NCBI GenBank assembly: GCA_963796455.1
Contig: CAWCLO010000001.1
Location: 608,001 to 672,000 of the forward strand
Length of the DNA stretch: 64,000 bases
Direction of reading: 5' to 3'
Origin: Candidatus Sulfomarinibacteraceae bacterium
Lineage (GTDB): Bacteria > Acidobacteriota > Thermoanaerobaculia > Thermoanaerobaculales > Sulfomarinibacteraceae
Positions 37,468-48,064 of this stretch are shown here, piece after piece. A model generated the notes under the pieces. The model was not told the DNA's origin and did no database searches. It saw only the letters and a list, made by a program, of their open reading frames with translations. The translations under genes were made by a program, and so were the position numbers. The stretch's first letter is position 1; each line of letters begins with the position of its first letter.

Positions 37468-38904
37468 CTACCGCCGCCAGAATTCCCGCGAAAAGAGCGC
37501 CAGCAACGTGAAGATCTCGAGACGGCCGAAGAGCATGCAGCCGGCGAGCACGATCTTCACTAGGCCGGGGAAGTGGGCGAAGTTGTCATAGGCGCCGACC
37601 TCGCCGAGACCGGGGCCGACGTTGCCGATCGAGGTCATCCCGGCTGAAATGGACGTCAGAAGATCGTAGCCGTGTGCGGCAACCACCGCCGTTCCAAGCA
37701 GGGCGATCAAAAGGTAGGCGGTGAGAAAGGCCCAGATACCGGACAGGACCGTTTCGGAGACCACCACGCCGCCATATTTCACAGGCCGCACCGCGTGCGG
37801 GTGGATCAGGCGGTGGATGGTCGTTCGCAAAGATGAAATGGCGAGGAGCGCGCGAAGGCTCTTGATACCGCCACCGGTGGAACCCGACATGCCCCCGAGG
37901 ACCATCAAACACAGCAGCACGAGGAGAGGCAACGTGGTCCAGATCTCGAAATCGGTGCTCGCGTAACCGGTCGTCGTGAGAACGCTCAAGGTCTGGAACA
38001 CGGCATTGCGAATGGTGTCCGCGAGATGCGCCCCAGCCTCGTAGGTCGTGATCACCAGGATCACCGTCGCAACCACGATGACACCGAGAAAGTAGCGCAA
38101 CTCGCTGTCCCGCCAGACCTCGTTGACCCGCCCGGTCAGCAGGCGGAAATGGAGCACGAAGTTGATGCCCGCCAACAGCATGAAGAAAATGATGATCCAC
38201 TCGATGGCCGGCGACCCGAACTCCCCCACCGACGTATTGCGGGTCGAGAAACCACCGGTGGCAAGGGTCGTAAAAGAATGGCATAGGGCGTCGTAGCCGG
38301 TCATTCCGGCAAGCCGTAAGGCGATCCACTCGGCCGCCGTGAATCCCACGTAGACCATCCACAAGGTTCGCGCTGTGGTCGCCAACCGGGGCCGGACCTT
38401 GTCGGCGACCGGGCCCGGAACTTCGGCCTTGAAGAGCTGCATCCCACCGATACCGAGCAAAGGCAGGATCGCGATGGTGAAGAGGATGATGCCCATGCCG
38501 CCGAGCCACTGACTCATCGCGCGCCACAACAACAGGGCGCGCGGAATGCCTGTGACATCCGCGATCACGGTGGACCCGGTGGTGGTGAATCCCGACACCG
38601 ATTCGAAGAAGGCGTCCACCGGCCCCAAAACCCCGGTCAGGAGGTAGGGCAGGGCACCCACCAACGAGACGGCGATCCACGCGCCGCTCACGATCAAGAA
38701 ACCTTCGCGTGGGCGGATGTGACGGTCGTCCGGCCGCCTGAGGCTCACCAGAAGACCACCGAGCACGCCTGCCAATGCAATGGCCGCCACCCACGGTTCG
38801 GGCGACTCGCCATAGAACAGGCTGGTCATCAGGGGCAAGGTAAGGAACGCACAGTCCAGCAGCAAAAGCCAGCCGAGCAGGTAGACCACGAATCGGCGAT
38901 TCAC
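37468..38904 (-). CDS. trkH: Trk potassium uptake membrane subunit
   Basis: FESVSGFTTTG, QWLGGMG, GSTGGGIK and GNVGPG motifs. Confidence 0.95.
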   Translation of the reverse strand: MNRRFVVYLLGWLLLLDCAFLTLPLMTSLFYGESPEPWVAAIALAGVLGGLLVSLRRPDDRHIRPREGFLIVSGAWIAVSLVGALPYLLTGVLGPVDAFFESVSGFTTTGSTVIADVTGIPRALLLWRAMSQWLGGMGIILFTIAILPLLGIGGMQLFKAEVPGPVADKVRPRLATTARTLWMVYVGFTAAEWIALRLAGMTGYDALCHSFTTLATGGFSTRNTSVGEFGSPAIEWIIIFFMLLAGINFVLHFRLLTGRVNEVWRDSELRYFLGVIVVATVILVITTYEAGAHLADTIRNAVFQTLSVLTTTGYASTDFEIWTTLPLLVLLCLMVLGGMSGSTGGGIKSLRALLAISSLRTTIHRLIHPHAVRPVKYGGVVVSETVLSGIWAFLTAYLLIALLGTAVVAAHGYDLLTSISAGMTSIGNVGPGLGEVGAYDNFAHFPGLVKIVLAGCMLFGRLEIFTLLALFSREFWRR

Positions 38905-38929
38905 AACGCTGGCTCCCCGCCCCCGCCGC

Positions 38930-40279
38930 TCAGCCTTCCAGGATACCGTCGAGCCGCGAGGCGTTTTCGACCGTCGCGGCGACGATCACCTGATCGCCTG
39001 CATTGATGATGTCATCACCACTCGGGATGAAGATTCGATCGTCCCGTTGTACGGCGACGATGAGCATCCCTCGTGGCAGACCGAGTTCGGCTAGCGGCGA
39101 GTTGACCAGCGGGCTGTCCTCAACCGCTTCGACCTCGAAGACCTCGACCGAGTCCTCGAGCAGTGCCGCCACCGATTTCACCCTTCCTTTGCGGGCAAAA
39201 TGCAGGGCGAGGCTCACCGACAACAGACGCGGAGAAATGATGGCGTCGATCCCAAGCTCTCCCACCAGACCGGAGAGCGCCGAGTTGTCGACCAGCGCAA
39301 AGGTGTGGGCGGCGCCCATCCGGCCGGCAAGCAGACAGGCAACGACGTTTTCTTCGTGGCGATCGGTGCAGGCGATGAAGTCCTCCACCCGGTCGGCGCC
39401 CTCTTCTCGCAGAACCTCGCGGTCAGTGAAACTGCCGTGAATCACCAGCGTGTCGCTCAGCTCCGCCGCAGCTTTCTCACATAAAGGACGGCGGTCATCG
39501 AGCAGGGTGACCGGCACACCACGTTGTTCGAGCCTCAGCGCGAGATTGATTCCAATCCGGGTCGCTCCGGCGATCATGACCCTTCGCTCGGCCCCACGAT
39601 GGAGCCCGAGCAGCGCCAGGACATTATCGAGTTCCGCGGGATCCATGGCGAAATAGACCAGATCCCCGGCGCGAATCTCATCCTCACCAAACGGGACGCG
39701 CCACCGACCGTCGCGGCGGATGGCCACCACCAACATCGGAGTGGCGGGGAACAACAATCTCAGATGAGACAACATCAGACCCGCAAATTCGCTGCCCGGT
39801 TTGATGTGGAATCCGGCAATCAAAAGAGAACCGTCGAAAAAGGACACCACATCCACCGCACCGGGAACCGGCATCAGCGACAGTATTTTCTCCACCGCCG
39901 CCATATCGGGGTTGATCGCGACCCGTTCGCCGCCGGGCTCCCGTGCGATGCGCCGGAAACCTTCTTCGTGCCCTGAATCGCGCAACCGCGCCGCCACCCT
40001 CGGCACCTTGAAGATCACCGAGCCCACCAGCGCCACCACCATATTTGCCTCGTCCGAATCGGTGGTGGCCAGCAAGAGCTCCACATTCTCGATCCCCGCT
40101 TCCATCAAGACCGGGATCGTGGCACCGTTGCCACAGATGGTCTGCACATCGAGTTGCTCATTGAGTTGGTCGATCAGCTCTCGACTCTGTTCCACCAGAA
40201 CCACATCGTGACCGTCGCCCGACAGCTTCGCCGCCAGGGTCGAACCAACGAGACCACCACCAACGATGATTACGCGCAC
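38930..40279 (-). CDS. trkA: Trk potassium uptake NAD-binding subunit
   Basis: Two RCK repeats, IVGGGLVG; adjacent to trkH. Confidence 0.92.
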   Translation of the reverse strand: MRVIIVGGGLVGSTLAAKLSGDGHDVVLVEQSRELIDQLNEQLDVQTICGNGATIPVLMEAGIENVELLLATTDSDEANMVVALVGSVIFKVPRVAARLRDSGHEEGFRRIAREPGGERVAINPDMAAVEKILSLMPVPGAVDVVSFFDGSLLIAGFHIKPGSEFAGLMLSHLRLLFPATPMLVVAIRRDGRWRVPFGEDEIRAGDLVYFAMDPAELDNVLALLGLHRGAERRVMIAGATRIGINLALRLEQRGVPVTLLDDRRPLCEKAAAELSDTLVIHGSFTDREVLREEGADRVEDFIACTDRHEENVVACLLAGRMGAAHTFALVDNSALSGLVGELGIDAIISPRLLSVSLALHFARKGRVKSVAALLEDSVEVFEVEAVEDSPLVNSPLAELGLPRGMLIVAVQRDDRIFIPSGDDIINAGDQVIVAATVENASRLDGILEG

Positions 40280-40383
40280 AATCTGTTCTCCACCTCAAAA
40301 AGATCCTGATTCATGAAATTGCGATTGCGAGCATAGTTTACACCCGCAATTGGTCTCAGAAGTCTGGCGAGAAGCTCAGGGCA

Positions 40384-40476
40384 CGGGCTATGGGCTATGG
40401 GCTATGGGCTATGAGCATGAAGCTACCGGTTACTCGTGCGCAGAGCCTAAGGCTTCTATCGTTAGGCCTATCCCTA
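40384..40476. repeat. Heptamer array (GGGCTAT)x4 with degenerate inverted arm
   Basis: Seen directly. Confidence 0.8.
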
Positions 40477-40905
40477 GGGCAACGCTCCGCCTTCAATCCA
40501 CCGGCGGTAGAGATCTATTTCGGCGGGGCGGAGCTTTTTCGACCCGGTCAGCGTGCGGGGCATTCCTTTGCCCTCGCGGGCTCGGTGTTCGATCTTGAGC
40601 CAGAGATAGGACGCCTCGAGATTCCCCGGTTCGACCAGGGCCATCTCGGGCACCTGAACCGAGCGCGGACCGACCAGACGTTTGTAACCGAGGCCCGGAT
40701 CGAGAACCAGCTTGGCCTTGGCCTCCTCCGACTCGTGACACGAGAGACAGTGGGCGATGACCAGCGGTTCGAGGTGTTCCGCGTAAGAAACCGGAGCCTG
40801 TTGCGGAACCTCCGGCACCTGGGTTCCGCAGGCCGCTGTGACCGCCACCAGGGCCATCAGAACCACGCGCCGCGCCGTCAAAAGCATCCTTCGCCGATCC
40901 ACCAA
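40474..40905 (-). CDS. Putative lipoprotein monoheme cytochrome c (planctomycete-type domain)
   Basis: Lipobox-like VTAAC, CLSCH, VEPGNLEASYL..KI..GMP..WIEGGA. Start uncertain. Confidence 0.75.
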   Translation of the reverse strand: MVDRRRMLLTARRVVLMALVAVTAACGTQVPEVPQQAPVSYAEHLEPLVIAHCLSCHESEEAKAKLVLDPGLGYKRLVGPRSVQVPEMALVEPGNLEASYLWLKIEHRAREGKGMPRTLTGSKKLRPAEIDLYRRWIEGGALP

Positions 40906-42660
40906 TCAGCTTTCATCGCCGCGACGAATCAAACCCCTTCGGTTCGCACAATCGATGCGAACGTCGAGGGGTTGTTCCACCCGCACGTGGCGGACGCTTC
41001 GGCTCTCCCACACCGACTCCTGCCCGTCGAGCCAGTCGTAATCGATCCGTCCCTTGCCGTCTTCTTCGATCGACATATAGAGCACCTGGTGGCTGAGGAG
41101 GCGATGGAAGAAATGAGTGCCGTGGCTGAGACTCGTCGGCGTGTCGGGCAGGGTCGCCTCCACGATCACTCGAGCGGCCGAGATCTGACCCCACTTGACC
41201 GGAACCCCAAAACGGTCATCGGTCGTGCCCCACCGGCCGAGACCGATAAAAATCCCGTGCCGGCCTTCTTCGACCAGGCCACGGTTGACTGCTTCGAGCT
41301 CGGAGGCCATCATCCGGGTCATCCCACGATCAAAGAACTGGGGACGCAAATAGATGATGTCGGTCAGATCGTTGCGTGAACCGTGACCGAGGCAATTGTC
41401 GGAAGCCACCAACACGCGATCGGCATCGAGGTCATCGTCTTCGATCGGCGACCGTTCGCCGGGGGTCAGCATCGGCCGCAGTTGCAGCAACCCCACCTTC
41501 ATCGGCAGACCGTTGTCGGGGTCGAGGTCGGCGGCAATCTCGATCTCCGCCTCACCATTGACGACATTGCACGACAATTCCAACAACCGTTCCACCACTG
41601 GCGTGAAGGGAATCGTTCGCGACTCCAGCAGGGGCGCAAAAGTGAGTGCTCGCGGGCCCGGATCGCCGATCCCCGATTGCAGCCGGTCGGACGAAGGATC
41701 ATAGGTCGAGGCGAGGAACTTGAGGGTGCCGTCGCTCTCGGCGGTGGCCAGACCGGATCGGAGAAGACAGGTGGTCTCTCGAACCGGATCGGGAGGCGGC
41801 GGGTCGCCCACATTGACCGTCCAGAAACTGTTCTGGGTGTATTTGAGAAGGTCCCCGGTGCTCTTGAAGGGAGGCGGCGCGGTCGGTCGAAGCGGGCTGT
41901 AACTCCACACGTGGCCACCGTCAGAGATGGTCTTTCCGAGCCCGAGGGCCACCGAAACAACCCCGTCTTCGCGTTTGTTGCCCGGCACCGGATAGTGGTT
42001 GTAGGACCTGGCGACCGCCGAGATCGTCGGATAAAAACGACCGTCGTGGCGCCGGCCCATCACCTCTTGGATCACCACCGCCATTTTTTCGGAGTCGGCG
42101 TCTAGCCCTGCGGCGCGTCTCGAGCTGACGGCGTTGGCAAAAAAGGTCGAGGCCCAGGCGAGGCGAAGCGCACCGGACAGACGGCGATAACGAACGTTGT
42201 CGTCTTCTTCGGTGTTTGGAATCAACTTCGAGGTGAAGATGCCCGCAAAGGCGCGATCATGGGTGTCTTCGAGATAGCTCGAGGGACGGACCACCAGCGG
42301 TGTCTTGATGACACCCAGAAAGGCCCCGAGTTGTTCACGAACATCGGCGGGAAGTTCGCCCCCCTGGAACTCACGCGCGATCTTGCTGTCGGGGAGGTCT
42401 TCGTCGAGAATCCTCCACAAACCATTGCGATCCATGAAGGCCGAAAAAACACCGGTGGCCACCACAACGACCCGCGGCACTTCGACCTCGACGCCATCGA
42501 ATTCGGCGGCATCGAAACGGGGAAGGATCTCTTCTCGGATCTGCAGCAGTCCCGAGGCCTTGCCGCCGATATCACCCTCACCGATGACGGCAAAGGAGTG
42601 CTCCGAGCCAAAGGTTTTTGCATCAAACCGGGGGACGTCGACGCCACCAATCATATTCAT
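40906..42660 (-). CDS. PEP/pyruvate-binding (PPDK/PEP synthase N-terminal-like) domain protein
   Basis: IGGKASGL, VRPSSYLED..FAGIF, MAVVIQEV and ALGLG motifs. Confidence 0.82.
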   Translation of the reverse strand: MNMIGGVDVPRFDAKTFGSEHSFAVIGEGDIGGKASGLLQIREEILPRFDAAEFDGVEVEVPRVVVVATGVFSAFMDRNGLWRILDEDLPDSKIAREFQGGELPADVREQLGAFLGVIKTPLVVRPSSYLEDTHDRAFAGIFTSKLIPNTEEDDNVRYRRLSGALRLAWASTFFANAVSSRRAAGLDADSEKMAVVIQEVMGRRHDGRFYPTISAVARSYNHYPVPGNKREDGVVSVALGLGKTISDGGHVWSYSPLRPTAPPPFKSTGDLLKYTQNSFWTVNVGDPPPPDPVRETTCLLRSGLATAESDGTLKFLASTYDPSSDRLQSGIGDPGPRALTFAPLLESRTIPFTPVVERLLELSCNVVNGEAEIEIAADLDPDNGLPMKVGLLQLRPMLTPGERSPIEDDDLDADRVLVASDNCLGHGSRNDLTDIIYLRPQFFDRGMTRMMASELEAVNRGLVEEGRHGIFIGLGRWGTTDDRFGVPVKWGQISAARVIVEATLPDTPTSLSHGTHFFHRLLSHQVLYMSIEEDGKGRIDYDWLDGQESVWESRSVRHVRVEQPLDVRIDCANRRGLIRRGDES

Positions 42661-42704
42661 GCGCGAAGCCTCGCGCGTTTGCCGCGCCGTGTCAAGCCTC
42701 CGGC

Positions 42705-43292
42705 CGGGGAAAAGGGGAAGGGGGGCACGGGAGAAAGGGGGAAAGGGAGAAAGGGGGAAAGGGAGAAAGGGAGAAAGGGGGACCGTCCGCTCGCTCGATA
42801 CTCGATAGTCGATGCTCGATGCTGGATATCGGATTTCGGATTTCGGATTTCGGATTTCGATCCAGGATGGCTGAGGGGCGGAGGAGAAAGGGAACAAACA
42901 GAGAACCACCCGGCACCGATTTCTCCTGCATGGGAATGTCGCCTCCCGATGTCATCCTGAGCGCAGCCCCCACAGGGGCGAAGTCGAAGGATCTATGAGA
43001 TGGACCGTAGAGACTTCCAGCCGCAGATCCTTCGACTTCGCGCCGAAGGCGCTTCGCTCAGGATGACATCTTGAAAGACAGTTTCCGTTTCCGGACCCGG
43101 CCCCGTTCCCGCACGGGGCGGACCGTACCCAGGATTGCGGGGGGGGCCGGCGGACCGCTCCCCATCCTCGCTCTCGCTATTGAACGGCTGCTATGGATTC
43201 CGATCCCGAAAAGGGAAACGAGGATAAGGGACAACCATGCACCCACCTACTCCAGCGGAAGTTCGATCTCCCTTTCTCCCTCTCTCCCTTTC
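42705..43292. repeat. Composite repeat with a central 123-bp REP-like palindrome (42948-43070)
   Basis: GGGAGAAA, GATGCTC and CGGATTT arrays; GATGTCATCCTGAGCG..GCGAAGTCGAAGGATCT / AGATCCTTCGACTTCGC..CGCTCAGGATGACATC. Confidence 0.9.
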
Positions 43293-43343
43293 ATTTCCAG
43301 AAGGTGGAGATCTTTCTGCATGAAATTTCAGCCTATAACTCGG

Positions 43344-44333
43344 CTACATCCTCACGATCATGGCCGCCCAATGGAAACCGGCTCCAAAGGCGGTCATGAG
43401 GACCAGATCACCCTTTTTGACACGGCCGTCACGGCGGGCTTCCCACAGGGCGAGGGGCACAGAGGCCGAACCGGTGTTGCCATAACGCTGGACGTTGATT
43501 GCGAGCTTTTCGTCGGGGATCGCGAGCTGTTTCTGCAACGCCAGGATGATCCGGAGGTTGGCCTGGTGCGGCACCACCAGGGCCAGGTCGTCGATTCCGA
43601 CCCCCGCCATCTCCAAAACATCCCTCGACGCCTGGCCCATCCGCGTCACCGCTTCGCGGAAGACCTCGCGACCCTTCATGACGATGTCACGGTGCTCGCG
43701 TTTGAGCACGCTCTCCCGGGTTGTCGGCAGACGGGTGCCGCCGGCCTCGAGTCCGAGAATCCCGGCTTGTGAACCATCGGTGCCGGCGGTGAAACTGAGC
43801 AGTTCGCCACCTTCCGGTTCGGCGCCGATCACCGCCGCTCCGGCCGCGTCGCCGAATAGAACGCAGGTCGTGCGGTCGCTCCAATCCATGAGTCGACTCA
43901 GGAGTTCGACGCCGATCAGCAGGACCCTCTTGTTACCGTCTCTGGCCCGCGACCGGGCCACGTCGAGACCGAGGACGAAGCCCGCACACCCGCTGCTCGC
44001 AAGATCGAATGACGGCACCTCGCGCGCGCCCAGGCGTTGCTGGATGTACGGGGCTGTGTCCGGGATGTAGACCTCGGGTGTGTCGGTCGCAACGATGATT
44101 TCGTCAATATCGGTAGCACCCAGGCCCGCGTCCTCGAGCGCCAGAATCGCCGCCTCCACCGCCAGATCCACCGTGGTCTGGTCCTCGGCGGCGATCCGCC
44201 GCTCCTTGATCCCGGTACGGCTGGTGATCCACTCGTCCGAGGTGTCCACGAACTCGGCCCAGTCGTCGTTGGTCATCACCCTCTCGGGAACATAGGCGCC
44301 CACCCCGAGAATGCCGATGGGGTAGTCGGTCAT
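43344..44333 (-). CDS. fabH: Beta-ketoacyl-ACP synthase III
   Basis: DTSDEWITSRTGIKERR, GCAGF, PHQAN and YGNT motifs. Confidence 0.93.
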   Translation of the reverse strand: MTDYPIGILGVGAYVPERVMTNDDWAEFVDTSDEWITSRTGIKERRIAAEDQTTVDLAVEAAILALEDAGLGATDIDEIIVATDTPEVYIPDTAPYIQQRLGAREVPSFDLASSGCAGFVLGLDVARSRARDGNKRVLLIGVELLSRLMDWSDRTTCVLFGDAAGAAVIGAEPEGGELLSFTAGTDGSQAGILGLEAGGTRLPTTRESVLKREHRDIVMKGREVFREAVTRMGQASRDVLEMAGVGIDDLALVVPHQANLRIILALQKQLAIPDEKLAINVQRYGNTGSASVPLALWEARRDGRVKKGDLVLMTAFGAGFHWAAMIVRM

Positions 44334-44399
44334 TTCCGGCAGACCCTCCTCCGTTTTCCGAATTCGTCGCGTTGAAGCGTACACCAGCCGAGTTCTCCG

Positions 44400-44596
44400 G
44401 TCCCGATTCCGATGAAAGGAGGAAAAGGAGAAAGGGAGAAAGGGAGAAAGGGAGAACCGTACCGGTTGCGTCGTTCGTGATAAGGATCGTGTCTCCTCTG
44501 CTCCTCTGCTCCTCTGCTCCTCTGCTCCTCTGCTCCTCTGCTCCTCTGCTCCTCTGCTCCTCTGCTCCTCTGCTCCTCTGCTCCTCTTCTCCTCTG
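44400..44596. repeat. Octamer arrays (GGGAGAAA)n and (CTCCTCTG)x11+
   Basis: 11 perfect CTCCTCTG units at 44493-44580. Confidence 0.95.
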
Positions 44597-44612
44597 CCCG
44601 AACTGGGGAGAC

Positions 44613-44644
44613 AAAAAAAACGGCCCGGGAAAATCCCGGGCCGT
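44613..44644 (-). terminator. Intrinsic terminator of the TonB-dependent receptor gene
   Basis: Minus strand CGGCCCGGGA-ttt-TCCCGGGCCG followed by T8. Confidence 0.88.
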
Positions 44645-44667
44645 CTGGGTTGGTATCAGTTGATCGG

Positions 44668-47600
44668 TTAGAACGACCAGCGCAGACCGAGGCGCATCCG
44701 CCAACGCGAACGAAGGTCGTCGATGGTGTAGAGGTCGGTGTTCTCCGGGTCGGTGACGACATTGCGGAGCTCGTAGATGGGCTTGCCGTCGTCGGTGACG
44801 CCTTCGTAGGAGATCGGCGTCTGGGTCCCGAAAGGAACGTAGAGGACGTGACCGGAGCTGTTGTCGATCATGTTCCAGAAGTTGAGGATGTCGAGTGAGA
44901 CCTGGAGCGACGACCGGCCTGGGATCGGGATGTTCTGGCGGACCGAGAGGTCGGTCTGGGTGATCCAGGGCGTGGTGTACGGGTTGCGCGGCGAGATCTT
45001 GCCGCCGTAGCCGTCGATACCGGTTCGCTCGAGATAGGTCTCGAGCTGGTCCCAGGTGCCGTTGGTGATGACCACGTCATCTGCACCGGAAGGCACGTAG
45101 ATCGGGTCGTTGGATCCGAAGCGGTCTTCGTTGACCGAGGGGAAGAACCAGTTGTAGATGCTCATGTACGGTTTGCCGCTCTGGTGGTTCCAGAACAACG
45201 ACAGGGTCGTCGACCACCTCGACTGCCTGTTGAACTCGTAGTTGAGGTTGATCATCATGCGGTGCTTGATCTCGAAATCGGAAGTCGAGAGACCGGCGTT
45301 GTTCGGGTCGGGCGCTTCGTTGTACTGCCAGTTGGAGACCGCACGGCTCGAGGTGGCGTCGTTGACCACGTTGGAATCACCGTAGGTGTAGGAGGCGATG
45401 CCCCAGAAGGGCAGCTGGCCGTAAGGCAGTTCCACCTTGAGGATTCCGTTGAAGGCGTCGCCCTTGTCGGTGTTGGTGAGGTAGTAGACGCCGGTGTAGT
45501 CGCCGTTCACCCGTTCGTAGATCGGGCGGCCGTCAAAGGGCAGAGTCTCACCGGTCTGCTGAATGTTGAGGTTTTTGTAGTCGATCTCGTTGGTACTCTG
45601 GGCCCACATCACCTCGGCGGTGGCGACCAGGTTGTACCACGGCAGGCGGTGGTCATATGCGACATTGGCTCGCCAGGTTTGGGGGAAGTCGAAACTGGGG
45701 TCGATGGCGTTGATTTCCTCCGAGGTCGAGCCGCCGATGTCCTCCGGCTGGTCGAAGGGATCGGGGTTGAAGGGGATTTCGCCGCGGGCCTCGATGGTCG
45801 TCTGGCGGAGGCCGGTGCGGCCGTAGTTGTTGGAGACCCACACGTAGGGGGTGCGGCCCGAGAAGAGGCCCGCGCCGCCTCGCAGCTGGCTCTGGCCATC
45901 ACCCTTGATGTCCCAGTTGAACCCGATGCGCGGAGACCACAGCATGTTGCCGTCCGGGATGGAGTCGGTGCGGACTCCATACTCATCGTCAACCGCCTCG
46001 TTGTATCCCGGCTTGTCGGGGAAGAGCGGCACATCGAGGCGGAGACCGTAGATCAGAGTGAAGTTCGGCTTCGCGCGCCAGGTGTCGCCGGCGTAGAGGC
46101 TGACCTGGGCGGTGTCGAAGGAGTCGGCCGGATCGTCGGGGAAGTTGGTGTAGGTGTAGTCGTACTCCCGGGCGATGCCGGCGTAGAAGTCTTCGAGCGT
46201 GCTGAACTGATACGAACCGAAACCGTTCTGAATAAAGAGGTTCTTGAAGGTGTAGAACTCGTTGTGGGTGCCGACTACGATCTCGTGGTCGCCGGCAAAG
46301 AAGGTGAAATCGTCGGTGATCTCGATGATGTCGGTATCGAGCGAGTTGTAGGTCGAGAAGGGCTCGCTTCCCATCTCCCAATCGTGGAAGTCACCATCGA
46401 TGTTTTCGATCTCGATCCAGGGGAAGGACACACCCGGCGGGTTGCGATTGTCGCGGATGGTCTGGTAGGTGACGCGCAGCTCGTTGAACATGGTGGCGCC
46501 AAAAACTGCGTTCCACTGACCGACAAAAGAATTTGTTTCGTTCTTGAAATCGTAGGCCTGGCTGTCCCACTCATAGGTGTTGTTGTTCGGACGATTGATG
46601 AGGTTGGCGGCGTCGACATAGTTGTAACGCAGGAGGAAGTTATGGCTCTCGTTGAGGTTCCAGTCCATGCGCAGCAGGATCTTGTCGCTGGGTCGTTCGC
46701 GGGTCTGCTCGGAGGTACCGCCGATGTCGTAACCGTAGGTGCTCTGCACGTACTGCCGCAAAGCCTCGGCCTCGGCGGTGTAGTCGCAGTCCCGCCAGCA
46801 TTGTCCGGTGATGCCATCAAGCGACCATCCGGTCGGCTGGTCGTAGGTGTTGTGGCCGTAGCTGCCGAAGAAGAAGAGCTTCTCCTTGACGATCGGTCCA
46901 CCGAAGGTGAAGCCGTACTCGGAGTCTTCGTAGGTCCCGAACTCCGGGAAACTGGCGGGGCCGCTGCCGACCATGCTGTCGTCACTGTAGTAGCCGAAAA
47001 CGGAACCATGGAACTGGTTCGTCCCCGACTTGGTGATGACGTTGACGCTGCCGCCGGTGAAACCACCCTGGCGGACGTCAAAGCTCGAGGTCACGAGCTG
47101 GAGCTCCTGGATCGCGTCAAACTGGATCGGGTTGGTCCCGGTCTGGCCTCCCGGCGTGCCGGTGTCGGCGAGACCGAAGACGTCGTTGTTGACCGCGCCG
47201 TCGATGGAGATGTTGTTGTAGCGCGGGTTGCGTCCGGAAACCGACAGCACGTTCGGCTCCGACCCGCCTTCGGTGTAGAGCGAAAACACCGGGTTGGTCC
47301 GCGCCATGTCATAGACGCTGCGCTCGAGGGTCGGCAAGGCCTCGAGAGAAGCCTGCGACACCGAACTCGAAACACCCATCTTGGTCGGGCTGATCAGCGG
47401 GCTCGACTCGCCGACGATCTCGATTTCCGCGGTCGCAGCCGCAAGCTGCATGTCGATAACGAGGTTGGTGGTCTCACCCAGACGCACATACACGTTGGGG
47501 ACCATCGCATCCTGAAAACCAGCGAGGCTCGCATCCAAGAGGTACGGCCCGCCGACCTTGACGTTGGGAATCCGGAAGCGACCTTCGGTGTCGGTTACGG

Positions 47601-47775
47601 CACCAAAACGGTTTCCGGTGCTGGTCAGCTCCGCGCGTACCGCCACACCGGGGATCGGATCACCGTTGGGATCCATGACAACACCGGAAAGAGATCCGGT
47701 AGTCACACCCTGGGCATGGGCAAAGCCTCCCAAAAGTGCGACGCAAACCATCAAACATAGCACCTTCTTCATCAT
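44668..47775 (-). CDS. TonB-dependent receptor, Oar-like, with N-terminal carboxypeptidase-regulatory-like domain
   Basis: Signal peptide, IDGAVNNDVFGL, NVITKSGTN, SPRIGFNWD, terminal Phe. Confidence 0.9.
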   Translation of the reverse strand: MMKKVLCLMVCVALLGGFAHAQGVTTGSLSGVVMDPNGDPIPGVAVRAELTSTGNRFGAVTDTEGRFRIPNVKVGGPYLLDASLAGFQDAMVPNVYVRLGETTNLVIDMQLAAATAEIEIVGESSPLISPTKMGVSSSVSQASLEALPTLERSVYDMARTNPVFSLYTEGGSEPNVLSVSGRNPRYNNISIDGAVNNDVFGLADTGTPGGQTGTNPIQFDAIQELQLVTSSFDVRQGGFTGGSVNVITKSGTNQFHGSVFGYYSDDSMVGSGPASFPEFGTYEDSEYGFTFGGPIVKEKLFFFGSYGHNTYDQPTGWSLDGITGQCWRDCDYTAEAEALRQYVQSTYGYDIGGTSEQTRERPSDKILLRMDWNLNESHNFLLRYNYVDAANLINRPNNNTYEWDSQAYDFKNETNSFVGQWNAVFGATMFNELRVTYQTIRDNRNPPGVSFPWIEIENIDGDFHDWEMGSEPFSTYNSLDTDIIEITDDFTFFAGDHEIVVGTHNEFYTFKNLFIQNGFGSYQFSTLEDFYAGIAREYDYTYTNFPDDPADSFDTAQVSLYAGDTWRAKPNFTLIYGLRLDVPLFPDKPGYNEAVDDEYGVRTDSIPDGNMLWSPRIGFNWDIKGDGQSQLRGGAGLFSGRTPYVWVSNNYGRTGLRQTTIEARGEIPFNPDPFDQPEDIGGSTSEEINAIDPSFDFPQTWRANVAYDHRLPWYNLVATAEVMWAQSTNEIDYKNLNIQQTGETLPFDGRPIYERVNGDYTGVYYLTNTDKGDAFNGILKVELPYGQLPFWGIASYTYGDSNVVNDATSSRAVSNWQYNEAPDPNNAGLSTSDFEIKHRMMINLNYEFNRQSRWSTTLSLFWNHQSGKPYMSIYNWFFPSVNEDRFGSNDPIYVPSGADDVVITNGTWDQLETYLERTGIDGYGGKISPRNPYTTPWITQTDLSVRQNIPIPGRSSLQVSLDILNFWNMIDNSSGHVLYVPFGTQTPISYEGVTDDGKPIYELRNVVTDPENTDLYTIDDLRSRWRMRLGLRWSF

Positions 47776-48040
47776 GATTTCTCCTATACCTCCCACACTT
47801 GATGCACAGGACTATACCACCAACTTCGGGCTTCGGAAGGGGTTCTCGACAAGGTCGCTGTAAAGCCTTTGTGAAGCCCGAAGATGACTCCCTGGCCTCC
47901 AATTGAGGGTGTGACTCAAGACCCATGAAAGACCCTTCCCCAGGTTCTTTTTGAGTCTCCGTTTCCCTCTTTCTCCGCCGCCCCGTTTCTCTGTTTCTCC
48001 GGGATTTCGCGGCCTTCGAAACTTCGTTCCGTTTCCCTCG

Positions 48041-48055
48041 TATAGATGTTCGATA
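48041..48055. promoter_or_regulatory. Possible PadR autoregulatory operator
   Basis: Imperfect palindrome TATAGA-TGT-TCGATA abutting the padR RBS. Confidence 0.4.
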
Positions 48056-48064
48056 GGAGGACTG

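Noticed and set aside
45184..47760. Long antisense ORFs (also 16067-17497, 20072-21556, 57738-59825)
   Set aside because: Shadow frames of strongly GC3-biased genes on the opposite strand.
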